From NCBI GenBank assembly GCA_028534125.1, contig CM052832.1:16060001-16124000 (forward strand): a stretch of DNA of 64,000 nt, in the 5' to 3' direction. The notes under the pieces were generated by a model. That model did no database searches and was not told the origin of the DNA. It saw nothing but the letters and a program-made list of their open reading frames with translations. The stretch is from Lama glama. Lineage: Eukaryota. Each line of letters opens with the position of its first letter. Within the stretch, counting starts at the first letter, position 1. A program made the position numbers and the translations under genes. Below are positions 46,401 through 61,611 of this stretch, one piece after another.

Positions 46401-48401
46401 CTGGGGAGACTCCCCTGCACCTAGCTGCCCGATTCTCCAGACCAACCGCTGCCCGCCGCCTCCTTGAGGCAGGAGCTAACCCCAACCAGCCTGACCGGGC
46501 AGGGCGCACCCCTCTTCACACCGCTGTGGCTGCTGATGCCCGGGAGGTTTGCCAGGTCAGTCAGTGTACAATGGAGCCGCTAAAGGAAACGGGGCAAACT
46601 TGCAACTAAAGTCAGGCAAAAGCATCCTCAAGGGTTTGGCAGAGGAAGGTGATGTGAGATTGGGGACTGAAAGGGAAACAAGAACAGATGGTTGAATACG
46701 GACTGGGGGGTGGTTAACAGTGTGATAAACCTTAGCTAGAAGTCCAGATATACCAAGGATCACTGGTCCTCTCTGCATCCCCTAGCTCTTACTCCGCAGC
46801 AGACAGACCTTAGTGGATGCACGGACAGAGGATGGGACCACAGCCCTGATGCTGGCTGCCAGGCTGGCTGTTGAGGACCTGGTTGAAGAACTGATTGCAG
46901 CCAAAGCAGATGTGGGGGCCAAAGATAAATGGGGTATGGATCTGGGGAAGCTGATGTTGTGCTATAAAGAAGTTGAGCAAATGGGGCGTAAGACGCCAAG
47001 GAGGGGAGCAGCAGAGGGACCAGCTGGAGGCTGGGGCATTCCCTCCCACTCTGCTGTGAGGGTGGTAAACCTGCGGTGCGGTGGCAGTACGCAGAACGTG
47101 AGTCTTCCTCACCATCCTCAAAAACACACACACTGCTCTAGTCCACTGGGAACTACGATGCGGGAAATGTCTGAGAAGGGGGAACGGTCTCGTGGGAGGG
47201 AGGTGGTCTGCCGGTCCCACCGACCCCAGAACAATGCCCCATTGTCCCTCCCGCGCGCCGGTGACGTCACCAGGGGCAACGCTTCCTGCAGGCCGGCGGT
47301 CACCCGGGCAACGCTTCCGCTTTTGAGGTACCCGGCAGGCCGAATAGCCCTTCCCCCAAGACCAGAATCCGTGGGAAACAGGAACCCAGGCGACTGGCCC
47401 CCAGCCTCCGGGTTAACAACCTCCCACGTCGTCCCCTAGGAAAAACCGCGCTGCACTGGGCCGCCGCCGTGAACAACGCCAGGGCCGCCCGCTCCCTTCT
47501 CCAGGCCGGAGCCGATAAAGACGCACAGGATGGCAGGGTTAGACCGGGTAGAGGGCTCCCCGCAATAAAACGGGCCAGGAGAAGTGGAACGCGCGGGAAC
47601 TCCGCAAAACCTGAAGGGGGAGGGGCCAGCGGTCGTGCAGAAGGAGGGCCAGCCCTGTGGGGCGTGGCCTTCCCTGACCTCGCCCCCTGGTTGTTTCCTC
47701 CCGCGCAGGAGCAGACGCCGCTGTTCCTGGCGGCCCGGGAAGGGGCAGTGGAGGTAGCCCAGCTGCTGCTGGAGCTGGGGGCGGCCCGAGGGCTGCGGGA
47801 CCAGGCCGGGCTAGCGCCCGGGGACATCGCTCGCCAGCGAAACCACTGGGATCTGCTGACGTTGCTGGAAGGGGCGGGACCACTGGAGGCGCGTCACAAA
47901 GCCACGCCGGGCCGCGAGGTCGGCGCTTACCAGCGCGCGAGAACTGCGTCGGGAAGCGTGCCCCCGCGCGGGGGCGGGGCTCTGCCGCGCTGCCGGACGC
48001 TGTCGGCCGGAGCCTGTCCGCAAGCTCGGACTTTGTCCGTAGACTTGGCCGCGCGTGGGGGCGGGGCCTATTCGCACAGCCGGAGCCTATCGAAAGGAGC
48101 AGCAGGAGGCGGCCCGCCCCTCCGCGGCCGTAGGTTTTCAACAGGCATGCGCGGGCCTCGGCCCAACGCTGCAATAGAGCGAGGAAGATCCGGGGTCGCG
48201 GCCGGGAGCGGGGCTGTGGCCTCAGCTGATGACTGGCCCTGCGATTGGGTGGCCCTAGGAGCCTGCGGCCCCGCCTCCAACACTCCAATCCCGCCTCCCT
48301 GCCTTACTCCGTCCCCGGAGCGGGGATCCCCTCAAGTTGCCTGGTGTGCCCCAGCCCACCAAGTAGTACCCTTAAATGCGGGAGGTGAGGGTCAGAAATA
48401 A
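28402..48401 (+). CDS. NOTCH4: Notch receptor 4, 30 exons, 1990 aa (EGF repeats, LNR, TM, RAM, ankyrin, PEST)
   Basis: join 28402-28462, 29222-29303, 29475-29767, 30433-30780, 30863-30985, 31098-31334, 31451-31606, 31936-32130, 33607-33720, 34798-34911, 34993-35115, 35971-36130, 36766-36911, 37202-37354, 37572-37689, 37894-37981, 38341-38494, 39346-39530, 41244-41496, 41756-41868, 42687-43210, 43848-44228, 44329-44504, 45050-45269, 45452-45533, 45628-45766, 46260-46555, 46786-46933, 47440-47537, 47709-48401 = 5973 nt. All introns GT-AG. Motifs [37 protein letters not shown]. Confidence 0.98.
28994..29007 (+). promoter_or_regulatory. SOX plus FOX:ETS composite endothelial enhancer motif in NOTCH4 intron 1
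   Basis: ACAATAAACAGGAA = ACAAT overlapping TAAACAGGAA. Confidence 0.6.
29905..30044 (+). mobile_element. tRNA-derived SINE, Vic-1-like, in NOTCH4 intron 3
   Basis: A-box-like cagctcattggta, B-box ggttcaatccc, aaacctaattacctcccc, poly-A tail. Confidence 0.8.
32690..32890 (-). mobile_element. MIR SINE
   Basis: cccattttataaatgaagaaactga...gtggcagagccaggattcaaacccagg; further MIRs at ~34100-34290 (-), ~40600-40800 (+), ~44825-44995 (-), ~49400-49600 (-). Confidence 0.7.
45879..46032. mobile_element. MER5A-like hAT DNA transposon remnant
   Basis: catcaccagggaaattgttagaaatacaaattctcaggctccac...aagtttgagaaccattg. Confidence 0.65.
47231..47320. promoter_or_regulatory. Intragenic CpG-island promoter module in NOTCH4 intron 28 (SOX palindrome, CRE, two RFX X-boxes, ETS cores)
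   Basis: ACAATG-ccc-CATTGT 47231-47245; GGTGACGTCACC 47260-47271; GTCACC-agg-GGCAAC 47266-47280; GTCACC-cg-GGCAAC 47299-47312; each X-box followed by GCTTCC. Confidence 0.65.
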
Positions 48402-48979
48402 AAGGCTACATGGCAGGGAGGGATTCTAAAAGTGAGTACTCATTAAATGACAGGCAGTCTGGAAGGTCTCCAGATTTTAAGATCCTTGAGCCCCAAATAT
48501 GAGGGATTATGAGTGTAGTGTCCCTCCCAAAGTGAGTGTATGCCACATCGTCTTACACGTGGAGAAACTGCAGCCCTGGAAAAGGGGTTTAGGGTGCTGG
48601 GATGAAGCAGGCCCATCCTCTCTCCCAGAAAATAAGGGTGAGAGGTTACAGGAGGATGGGGTGGAATGGGAGAAGTACCCCTGAACTGGAACCAAAAACT
48701 GCAAACAGGATGTAAGATGTCCTTTCCTATATATGGTTCCTAGGGGGAGCCCCATCGCCTGTAACCCCGACCACTCACAAAGGGCTGATAAATATTTATT
48801 GAGCACTTACTGTGTGCCAGACACTGTGTAGGTGCTGAAGGGAGGGCCAAGGGTCACTCCAGCTGATGACCCCTTGCATTCTCTCCACCTTCCCCCACCC
48901 CCAAACAAACCACTGCAGGGATGAAGTGCCACTCTTATAGCCACCACTCTATTTAAGAACCCCACATTTGTCAACCCAT

Positions 48980-48985
48980 AATAAA
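48980..48985 (+). terminator. Probable NOTCH4 poly(A) signal
   Basis: AATAAA ~580 nt after the stop, followed by a T/GT-rich stretch. Confidence 0.7.
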
Positions 48986-50027
48986 GCTGACTTGAAGTGT
49001 TACCTTTTTTTGGAGGGGTTGGGGAGTGGAAAAAATATGGGATTAACTGCACAGTGTTTTCAGAATTTTGTGCCCTAGGTTCAACATTTGGATGGAAGCT
49101 TTGAGCATAGTGTTAAGAGCAAGAATAAGTAGACTTGGGGGTCCTGTGTTAATTTAGGGTATCAAAAGGTGAAAGTCTCTAGTAGCTCAGGGAGAAACGA
49201 CTCACACATGAAACCAGGCCTACCCTTTGTTCCTCTTGCAAGGGCATTTAGTTATAGCCACTTAGGAGATTCCTGAGACCTCAAGTAGAGGGAGATGGAG
49301 AAAGCATCTCCAACTTTATCCTCCATTCAGCAACTTGGTTATACCTCTTTAATAGCAATGGACCTGAGACATGGAGGCATGAAGTATTTTGAAAGCTAGT
49401 AACTACCATTGCTGGAGCATTCACTATGTGCCGAATGCTTAATATCACACTTAATCCTTACATCAACACTATAAAAAATAATTTTATAAGACCTCCCTTT
49501 TACTCTTTCAGAAACTGAGGCAGAGGTTTCACTTGCCCCATATTGCAAGGCATTAAGTGGCAGAACCTGATCTATCATATTTTACGTTCAAAGTCACTGA
49601 GCTAACATGACAGCCATTTTGAGGTCCAAAATGTCTCTGTCCTCTTCCCACCTTGGTGCCAGCCAGCCTGACCAACGTTGATCAAAGACCAAGCCAGGTT
49701 GTGGTCCTCTCTCTTTTCCATTTCATAACTAGAGGAAAGTTTCCCCTGCCCCCTGTCTCTTACATTTGGTGCATATCTTGTCCCCTGAATAGACTGTAAG
49801 CACCTATAAGGCAGTTATTACTATTCAACACATTTATTAGACACAGTGCTAGGGGTGTATGTATACATGTTTCAGGCCCTGGCATCCCTGGATCTAAGTC
49901 CTGCTTCCCACCGGAACCATGCCTCTCCCAGTCCCAATAAGTCTGAGGGAAGCTGAGAAGCAGGGGGAGGGTCCTTCTTGGGGAAGGTACCTGGGGCAAG
50001 GGGGTGAGGGGGGTTTCTGAGGAGTGA

Positions 50028-50037
50028 AACCACTTCC
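50028..50037. promoter_or_regulatory. RUNX/ETS composite site upstream of GPSM3
   Basis: AACCACTTCC; a further GAGGAAGT at ~50261; fits the known haematopoietic expression of GPSM3. Confidence 0.4.
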
Positions 50038-50454
50038 TTTGTAGCTAGTTCCTGTGTTGACAGAACTGAAGGGGAGGAGGGGGGTAGAAGGAACAAAGCC
50101 AGGGGTTGGGGGACTACTGAGGATCTGGAGATGAGAAAGCCAAAGTCCTCCCCCTCCCTGACACCCCCATCACTACTGCAGCTGGAGGAGCTTTTCCCAG
50201 TCTCTGTTCCCCTGGGGCGAGAGAGGTCAAGCATGTAGTTTGGGTGGGAAAAGAGAACTGGAGGAAGTTGACAGAGATGGGCGGGGCCCGTGGGGGTGCT
50301 GACCAGGAACCCAGCTTCCTGCTCAGTACCCAGACATCCAGCCCCCGGCTCACCCCCACCCCTTTCAGCCCCTACTCCCCTCAGGAACTCAGGGTTCCGG
50401 CCCTCCTCCCAAATCAGAGCTACTCCTCCCCCACCAGTTTCTCCCCTCTAGGGG

Positions 50455-51610
50455 ATGGAGGCTGAGAGACCCCAGGAAGAAGAGGATGATGAGCAGGTGA
50501 GCTGGGCACCGGGTCTGGGAGGCTGACACTGGGAGAGGGAGGTGAGAGGACCTGAGGCAGAGACTGAGTAATGGTGGACTCAGGCGACTTGGGTGGGCTT
50601 GGGCACACTGAGGCAGGAATAGAGACACCAAGAGAGGAAATGGGCTGCTGGCCTAGTCCTCTGCGCACCCCACCCCTGCTTGACTGGAACGGATGTCTCT
50701 CAGCATCAGGGCCCCCCTCAGGATGAGCGTGGCTGGCCCCCTGTGAACACCGGTACTCGGCCTTGGCGATCTGCTCCTCCGTCCCCTCCTCCTCCAGGGG
50801 CCCGCCACACAGGTATCCCCCTCACCCAGGGGGCTCCCTGATCCTGGTGCCCACATCCTTCCTGATCCCATTACCAAGGCCCACTCCATCATGGGCTCTC
50901 TCCCCACCTCCAGACTCCCCATCACACCCCCTTAGTTCTGACCCCACGTCCCTAATCATACCCCCACATCCACCACCCCTGTCTCCCAACTCCTATGGGT
51001 CCCTGAGCCCTTCCCCTCCTCTCCCCAGCCCTGGGGCCCCGCTCGGCCTCCCTGCTCTCCCTGCAGACTGAGCTGCTTCTGGACTTGGTGGCTGAGGCCC
51101 AGTCCCGCCGCCTAGAGGAGCAGCGGGCCACCTTCCATGTGCCTCAAAACCCCCCAAACTTAGGCCGAGCCCCACCCCGGCCTCTTGAGGACAGAGAACA
51201 GCTCTACAGCACCATCCTCAGTCACCAGGTGAGACGCCCCCCACCCCCACCCCAGGAGGCAAGACCCAGGCTTCTTGGTCTCTTGGCCCCTGTTCTCCTT
51301 TGGCCCTACCCCTCCTTCTCCCCAGGCATCTGCCCCCTCACCAGATCCTAGTCCCCTCATCCCCATCCCCATCACAGGTGTCCTATACGCCCCTCACACC
51401 AGCTCTGGCTCCTTTCAAGGCCTGCTCCTCTTAGAAGCTCACCAACAACTTCCCTTCCCTCCACTCCTCCAGTGCCAGCGGATGGAAGCCCAGCGGTCAG
51501 AGCCTCCCCTACCCCCAGGAGGACAGGAGCTCCTGGAGTTGCTGCTGAGAGTTCAGGGTGGGGGTCGAATGGAGGAGCAAAGGTCCCAGCCCCCCACACA
51601 CACCTGCTGA
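50455..51610 (+). CDS. GPSM3: G-protein signalling modulator 3 (GoLoco motifs), 160 aa
   Basis: join 50455-50496, 50710-50812, 51029-51228, 51473-51610 = 483 nt; MEAERPQEEED...QTELLLDLVAEAQSRRLEEQR...GGRMEEQRSQPPTHTC. Confidence 0.97.
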
Positions 51611-52224
51611 GACTTGAGCCCCCACCAGCCCCTCTGTACTGCTGTGGCTCAAAGCTGGGCAGCCCACTGCATGCCCTCAACCCTGCCTGGCAGAGGCACC
51701 AGAGACTGGAAGACCCAGCAGAAATCTCAGTAGTCATCGCCCTCATCCACCCTTCCTGGGAGCTGGAGGGTTGCAAGTCCTCAGACCCTGGGAATAGTCA
51801 AGGTAGGATGGACATTTAACTCCCTCTGTGACCAAGTACATGGGAGCTGAAGGCCTTGAGAGGAACCCAGCCACAGAGGGACAACTCACCCTTTCCTCTG
51901 GTCTCAGGGAGGAACTGGGAGTCTTGGTCTTGAGTTGTGGGGACACTCCCTATACTCAAGACACCAGGCAGGATCTGAGGGTTCAGGCCTCCACCTCCCA
52001 AGAAAAGGCAAATCTCCCAAGGTTTGGACCTGAGAGACAGTTCCACCCTCCTTCTCAGTAAGAAGAAAGGAAGAGAGGGCACAGCAAAGACTTATTGTCC
52101 CACCTCCATCACCGGCACCCCACAGCCCCAGGACTGAGGGGCCTATAGGCTGTGGATGGACATTTAGCCCTGCCCACCCTCCCTCCCCATTGCTGTTCTG
52201 AGCTGTCTGATGTTTGGTGACATG

Positions 52225-52230
52225 AATAAA
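52225..52230 (+). terminator. GPSM3 poly(A) signal
   Basis: AATAAA ~615 nt after the stop, before the PBX2 promoter. Confidence 0.7.
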
Positions 52231-52519
52231 TGTAATTCCCCTCTGGACTGAAGACTGGTGTCTGGGATGGCGGGGTGGAGGGTAGGAAGGTAAGACCAGA
52301 GGCCGTCACTCTCCCCAGTCTGGCCAGAGGCCAGCTCCCCTCCCTGGCTGGTTAATTACTGGCTCATTAAGCAGCGGCTGGAGACCTCCCTAATTATCCC
52401 CCCCAGCCCCCCTCTCCTGGTTTTAATTAAGTAGAACAGGGAGGGGAGTCATTAGGATAAGAAATATGAACTAAGCTGTCTGTGAACCCAGGCATTCCAG
52501 CGGCCAGAGTCCACTTCAG

Positions 52520-56616
<4,097 letters not shown>

Positions 56617-58159
56617 TCTCGCCCCTCAGGGCCACAGGGGTGGGGGCTCACAAGGCAACTATTGAAGAGGACGCAGGCATCCAGAGGACAAAACCCAGAC
56701 ACAGGAGAAGCACAAGACAGAGAAAGGCAAACGGGGTCATCCCATCCCCGGCTGGACTCTCTCAGTGCTGGGGGTGCTGACTACATGGCAGGGAAGATGA
56801 GGTCCCCTAAGGGGGGAGTGGAGTCTGTTTCCCCTTTTTCCATTCTTTTCTCTCTCCCACAGAAACACACACATAGAATCCTATTTTTCAGATCTTTCTC
56901 TCCTCTCTCTCATACACACATACAACTATTGTCTGTCTCTCTCTCTCTGGGCTCCCCCACTCTCCCTCCCCCACCCCACTTATCTGCTCTGGGATCTGTG
57001 GAGACGCCAGCCCTGCCCGACCAGAGATGCCAAAAATGGGGACTCGACTTCTGGACAGAGGACATGGGCCACGCCCCCCGTGCCTCCCCGCCCCCGGCCC
57101 CTCCAGACGGCTTTATTACCTCATACGCAGCTCATCTTAAACCAATAGAATCGCTCGGTGGACGAGAGTGTCTGACTCAGATATCTACCTCGGAGGGAGT
57201 TTCTGCTACTTTAGGGAACTGTTGACTGGGCTTTGGGGTTGAACTTTTTTTTTTAAAAGGAAAGAAAAAATAACCCTGGGATCCATCTGTATTTTTTTTA
57301 TTTGGGGGGGGGGGTGTTGTTCGTGGTGATGGTTCTTAATTTTTAATTTAGTTTGGGGAAGTAGATGTTTTTATAAATTTTTTTTTATTGCTTTCCCATA
57401 TTAGGGGTGATAGCCAAAGGGGTCACGATAAGAGAAAGGGGAACAAATAGAACTGGTGAAGAGGCTTGCCTGGCTCCAGTCCTGTCTGTCAAGAAGTGCA
57501 TTTAGTAGGGCACCAAGCCTGCCTCCCTAAAGTCACTTAGGAATGTTCTCCTTTGCTTGTGAAGTCACTTAGGTATTCTTTGCTTGTGCAGGCAGTTTTC
57601 TGTTGCACCTGGTGTGGAGGCAGTCAAGGTCAGTCAGGGGTTTGCTCTGCCAGCCTGTCCTCTCTTCCCACAATCTAGGCAGGGCTGGACTCAGTCATTT
57701 TGAGCAAATGCCACCTTCCCCTGTGAGTGACACGTCTTTAAATTTTTTTTAACTATTTGCAGATTGGAGGGGGAAGAATGGGGAGGGGGTTATTGCCAAA
57801 TATGTTAAATATGGGGTTCGGTGTTTGTGTATTTCCCCAGAAATAAGGTATCTTTTTTTTTCTCTCAATCCAAAATCAAGAAGGTGGGGAGAGAGGAGGG
57901 AGGCCGCAAGAAGCCAGGTGTGGGGAAAGTAAAATCACTGTCCCATTCTTGGCCCTGAACCCTACCATCTGAACCCCTCAAACATCCTCAGGATTTTACA
58001 AGAGTGGGGAACCCCTCTCGTCAGAGATCTGGGCAGGATTAGGGGGCAGGTTGGGAGTGTGATGGGTTGGGGTGGGAGGCATGGGCCGGGGGCAGTTCTC
58101 TCCTCACTTGTAAACTTGTAGTTTCACAGAAAAACAAAAAAACAAAAAACGCAGTTTTA

Positions 58160-58165
58160 AATAAA
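58160..58165 (+). terminator. PBX2 poly(A) signal, ~550 bp upstream of the AGER ATG
   Basis: AATAAA followed by T-rich downstream sequence. Confidence 0.7.
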
Positions 58166-58706
58166 GAAATTGCTTTTTTCCCTGGGTTTAGTTGAGAATT
58201 CTTTTCAAAAACATGAGAAACCCCAAAAAAAAGTATTTTTTTCTCATAAAGCCCCCCAAACAACTGTTCCCCCTGAGTCCCCCAGCCTTGCCCTCATCAC
58301 ACAGGCCCCAGGTTTCACCCCAGCCTCGGTTCCACAGGAAACAGCCAGTCCTGAACCCTGTTGCCTAGCAACCTTGCCTAGTCAAGATAGGGGTCCAGTC
58401 CTCCAAGAGCCAGCCCTCAGTGGGCTGATGGAATACGATGGGCCCTGGGGGATTACCCAAAGAGATGCACTCCCCACCCCCGTGGATGTGGTTGTGCCCA
58501 GAGGCTGGCAGTGCCCAGGGGTGGGGTGACAATTGTTTCTCCTAGTACCTGAAGGACTCTTGTCCAAGAAGCACAAATTCCTAGCATTCCCTGTGACGGG
58601 ACAGGACTGGAGAGATGGGGGCTGGGGAGAGGGTACAAGCCCCACCTAGGGTGGTGGCCACAGCAGCGAGGGGCAGACAGAGCCAGGAACCTGGGACAGA
58701 AGCAGG

Positions 58707-61611
58707 ATGGTAGCAGCTGGAGCCTGGGTGCTGGTCCTCGGTCTGTGGGGTGAGCCATTCCCCACATACTGATCCTCCAGGCAGAAAGCACTCTGCCCCT
58801 CTCCCCAGACCTCCCCACAACTTTCTGGGAACCTGGGTACTGCTTTCCAGTCTCCCTCATCCACCCTGTTCTAGTCTTACTAGCTCCCATCTCCCTTCCT
58901 GCCCCTCTATCGTGGTGCTGTCTCCCAGGGGCAGTAGTAGGGGATCGAAACATCACAGCCCGGATTGGGAAGCCACTGGTGCTGAACTGTAAGGGGGCCC
59001 CCAAGAAACCACCCCAGCAGCTGGAATGGAAACTGGTAAGTGGGGCTCCTGTCGCAGTCTCCCCATTTCCAGGGAGATGGGTGACGATTCACATCCCCTC
59101 CTCCCCACCTGTCTGCCTTGTGAGTCCTTTCCTGAAGGGCTTGTTCTGCTCCCCAGAACACAGGCCGGACAGAAGCTTGGAAGGTCTTATCTCCCCAGGG
59201 AGGGCCCTGGGATAGCGTGGCCCGTGTCCTCCCCAACGGCTCCCTCCTCCTGCCAGCTGTTGGGATCCAGGATGAGGGGACCTTCCGGTGCCGGGCAACG
59301 AGCCGGCATGGAAAGGAGACCAAGTCCAACTACCGAGTCCGAGTCTACCGTAAGGTTCCAGGGCCTTCCTCAAGGCCCACCTCTCATCTAAGGAAAAGCC
59401 TTCTACCCCAGTCCTTGACTCCTTGGCCCTGGCACGTGAGACCCTGATTCAGCTGCACCCCCTATTCCCGCACCCGGGGTGTGTGACTCTTCAAAGCTGC
59501 AAACAACCTCTGATTGGAATTTTCCCTCCTTCAGAGATTCCTGGGAAGCCAGAAATTGTTGATCCTGCCTCCGAACTCATGGCTGGTGTTCCCAGTAAGG
59601 TAGTGGAAGAAAAGGGGAGGCATAGGAAGGGGTGCTGAGGATGGGAGGGGGTGTAGCTGTGTGTATGTGTATGGAATCTTTTATTTTCCTTTTTATTTTC
59701 CCTTGGGGGTGGGGGAGGTAATTCAGTTTATTTGTTATTTCCGCTTTAATGGAGGCACTGGGGATTGAACCCAGGACCCCGTGTGAGCTAAGTGCACACT
59801 TTACCACTTAGCTATACCTTTCCCCTGTGATTCTCTTATTTTCAAAGATGATGAGGTGTTTTTCCCCAGGTGGGGACATGTGTGTCCGAGGGGGGCTACC
59901 CTGCAGGGACTCTTAGCTGGCACTTGGATGGGAAAACCCTGACACCTGATGGCAAAGGTGAGTCCCAAGGTCCCCCCTCCTGGCTGCCTTCTTTTTGACC
60001 CCTCCCCCAGCCCCCCTGGAATGTCTTGCCTTGTTCTCCACCCACTGTAGGAGTGTCTGTGAAGGAAGAGACCAGGAGACACCCTGAGACGGGGCTTTTC
60101 ACACTCCATTCAGAGCTGATGGTGACCCCAGCCCAGGGAGGAGCTCCCCGCCCCTCCTTCTCCTGCAGCTTCAGCCCTGGCCTTCCCCGGCGCCGAGCCC
60201 TGCACACGGCCCCCATCCAGCTCAGCGTCTTGGGTGAGAGCAGAGGTGGGGAGGGCCCCAAGCCTGGGTGAGCACATGTCAGAAGTATGACCCTCAGGGA
60301 AGGGAGGGTTTAGCCAATGGATGGTAGGATGGTCGCTGCGACCACACACAGGTGACTCTCAACCCCCAGAGCCTGTACCACTGGAGGAGGTCCAGCTGGT
60401 GGTAGAGCCAGAAGGTGGAGCAGTAGCTCCCGGTGGTACCGTGACCCTGACCTGTGAAGCCCCTGCCCAGCCCCCGCCTCAAATCCACTGGATCAAGGAT
60501 GTGAGTGACCTGGAGAGGGGACTGGGAGGTAGAGGGATACATTAATTGGCAAGGAGGAGGGCAGAGGGCTCATGGAGAGAGAGGCAGGTGGGGAGCTGGG
60601 GAAGATGAGGGTGTCTGAGGATGTGGAGGCAGCGGCAGGAGTATGGGGTGTATGGACAGGGGTTTTGATTGTTCCCTGTCCCCCTTTCCCCGCCAGGGTA
60701 TGCCCCTGCCCCTCCCCCCCAGCCCTGTGCTGCTCCTCCCTGAGGTCGGGCCTGAGGACCAGGGAACCTACAGCTGCGTGGCCACCCATCCCAGCCACGG
60801 GCCCCAGGAGAGCCGTGCTGTCAGCATCAGCATTACTGGTGAGAAGACCTCTCTCCAAATCCCAGGGATCCTGAGGGACAGTGCAGGCTCCAGTTCCCTT
60901 CTCCATTCTGGTACGGTCCCCAGGGGCCACCCCACACTTCCCTCAGTGCAGCCACACCCAGGCCTCCTCTGCCTGACCCAGACTGTAACCAGAAAACGGC
61001 CCAGCCTGTCCCCTCTCCTCTGAACTGACCTAAGAAAGGAAAAGACCCCACTGGGGCTCCCACTGAATAGCCCACTCTCAAACTGAAGACTTTCTTTCTG
61101 ACTTTGTTTTCTAGAAACAGGCGAAGAGGGACCAACTGCAGGTGAGGTGCTGGATAAGGTCAGAGAGAAGCAGACAGACTTCAGTGTCACTGAGGGGATG
61201 GTCGAGGAGAAAGGAGTTGTGAGTAGGGGGCTGTGCCCTCAATTCTCCCCATCTTGCTACAGGCTCTGTGGCAGAGCCAGGGCTGGGAACTCTAGCCCTG
61301 GCCCTGGGGATCCTGGGAGGCCTGGGGACAGCTGCCCTGCTCATTGGGGTCATTGTGTGGCACAGGCGGCAACGCAGAGGAGAGGAGAGGTGAGTGGGAA
61401 AAGCCAGACGCCTCAGACGGAGGGCTTCCAGGCAGCAAGGAGGGATGTGGGGGGAGGAATGATGGAGCGCCAGAAACCATGTGCAGGACTCTACCCAATC
61501 CTCCTCCCCAGGAAGGCCCCAGAAAACCAGGAGGAGGAAGAGGAGGAGCGTGCAGAACTGAATCAGCAGGAGGAGCCCGAGGCAGCGGAGAGCAGTGCCG
61601 GAGGGCCTTGA
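58707..61611 (+). CDS. AGER: Advanced glycosylation end-product receptor (RAGE), 11 exons, 401 aa
   Basis: join 58707-58749, 58929-59035, 59157-59349, 59535-59599, 59870-59957, 60051-60233, 60370-60500, 60697-60838, 61115-61141, 61263-61389, 61512-61611 = 1206 nt; NITARIGKPLVLNCKGAPKKPPQQLEWKL, TM LALALGILGGLGTAALLIGVIVW, acidic tail. Confidence 0.97.
59680..59825 (-). mobile_element. tRNA-derived SINE, Vic-1-like, in AGER intron 4
   Basis: gggggaggtaattcag...gcactggggattgaacccaggacc...cttagctatacc. Confidence 0.8.

Noticed and set aside
46813..48288. Intron-spanning and antisense ORFs at the NOTCH4 3' end; likewise 29154-29912 and 52544-53335
   Set aside because: Expected stop scarcity in GC-rich coding or CpG-island DNA; no independent coding signal
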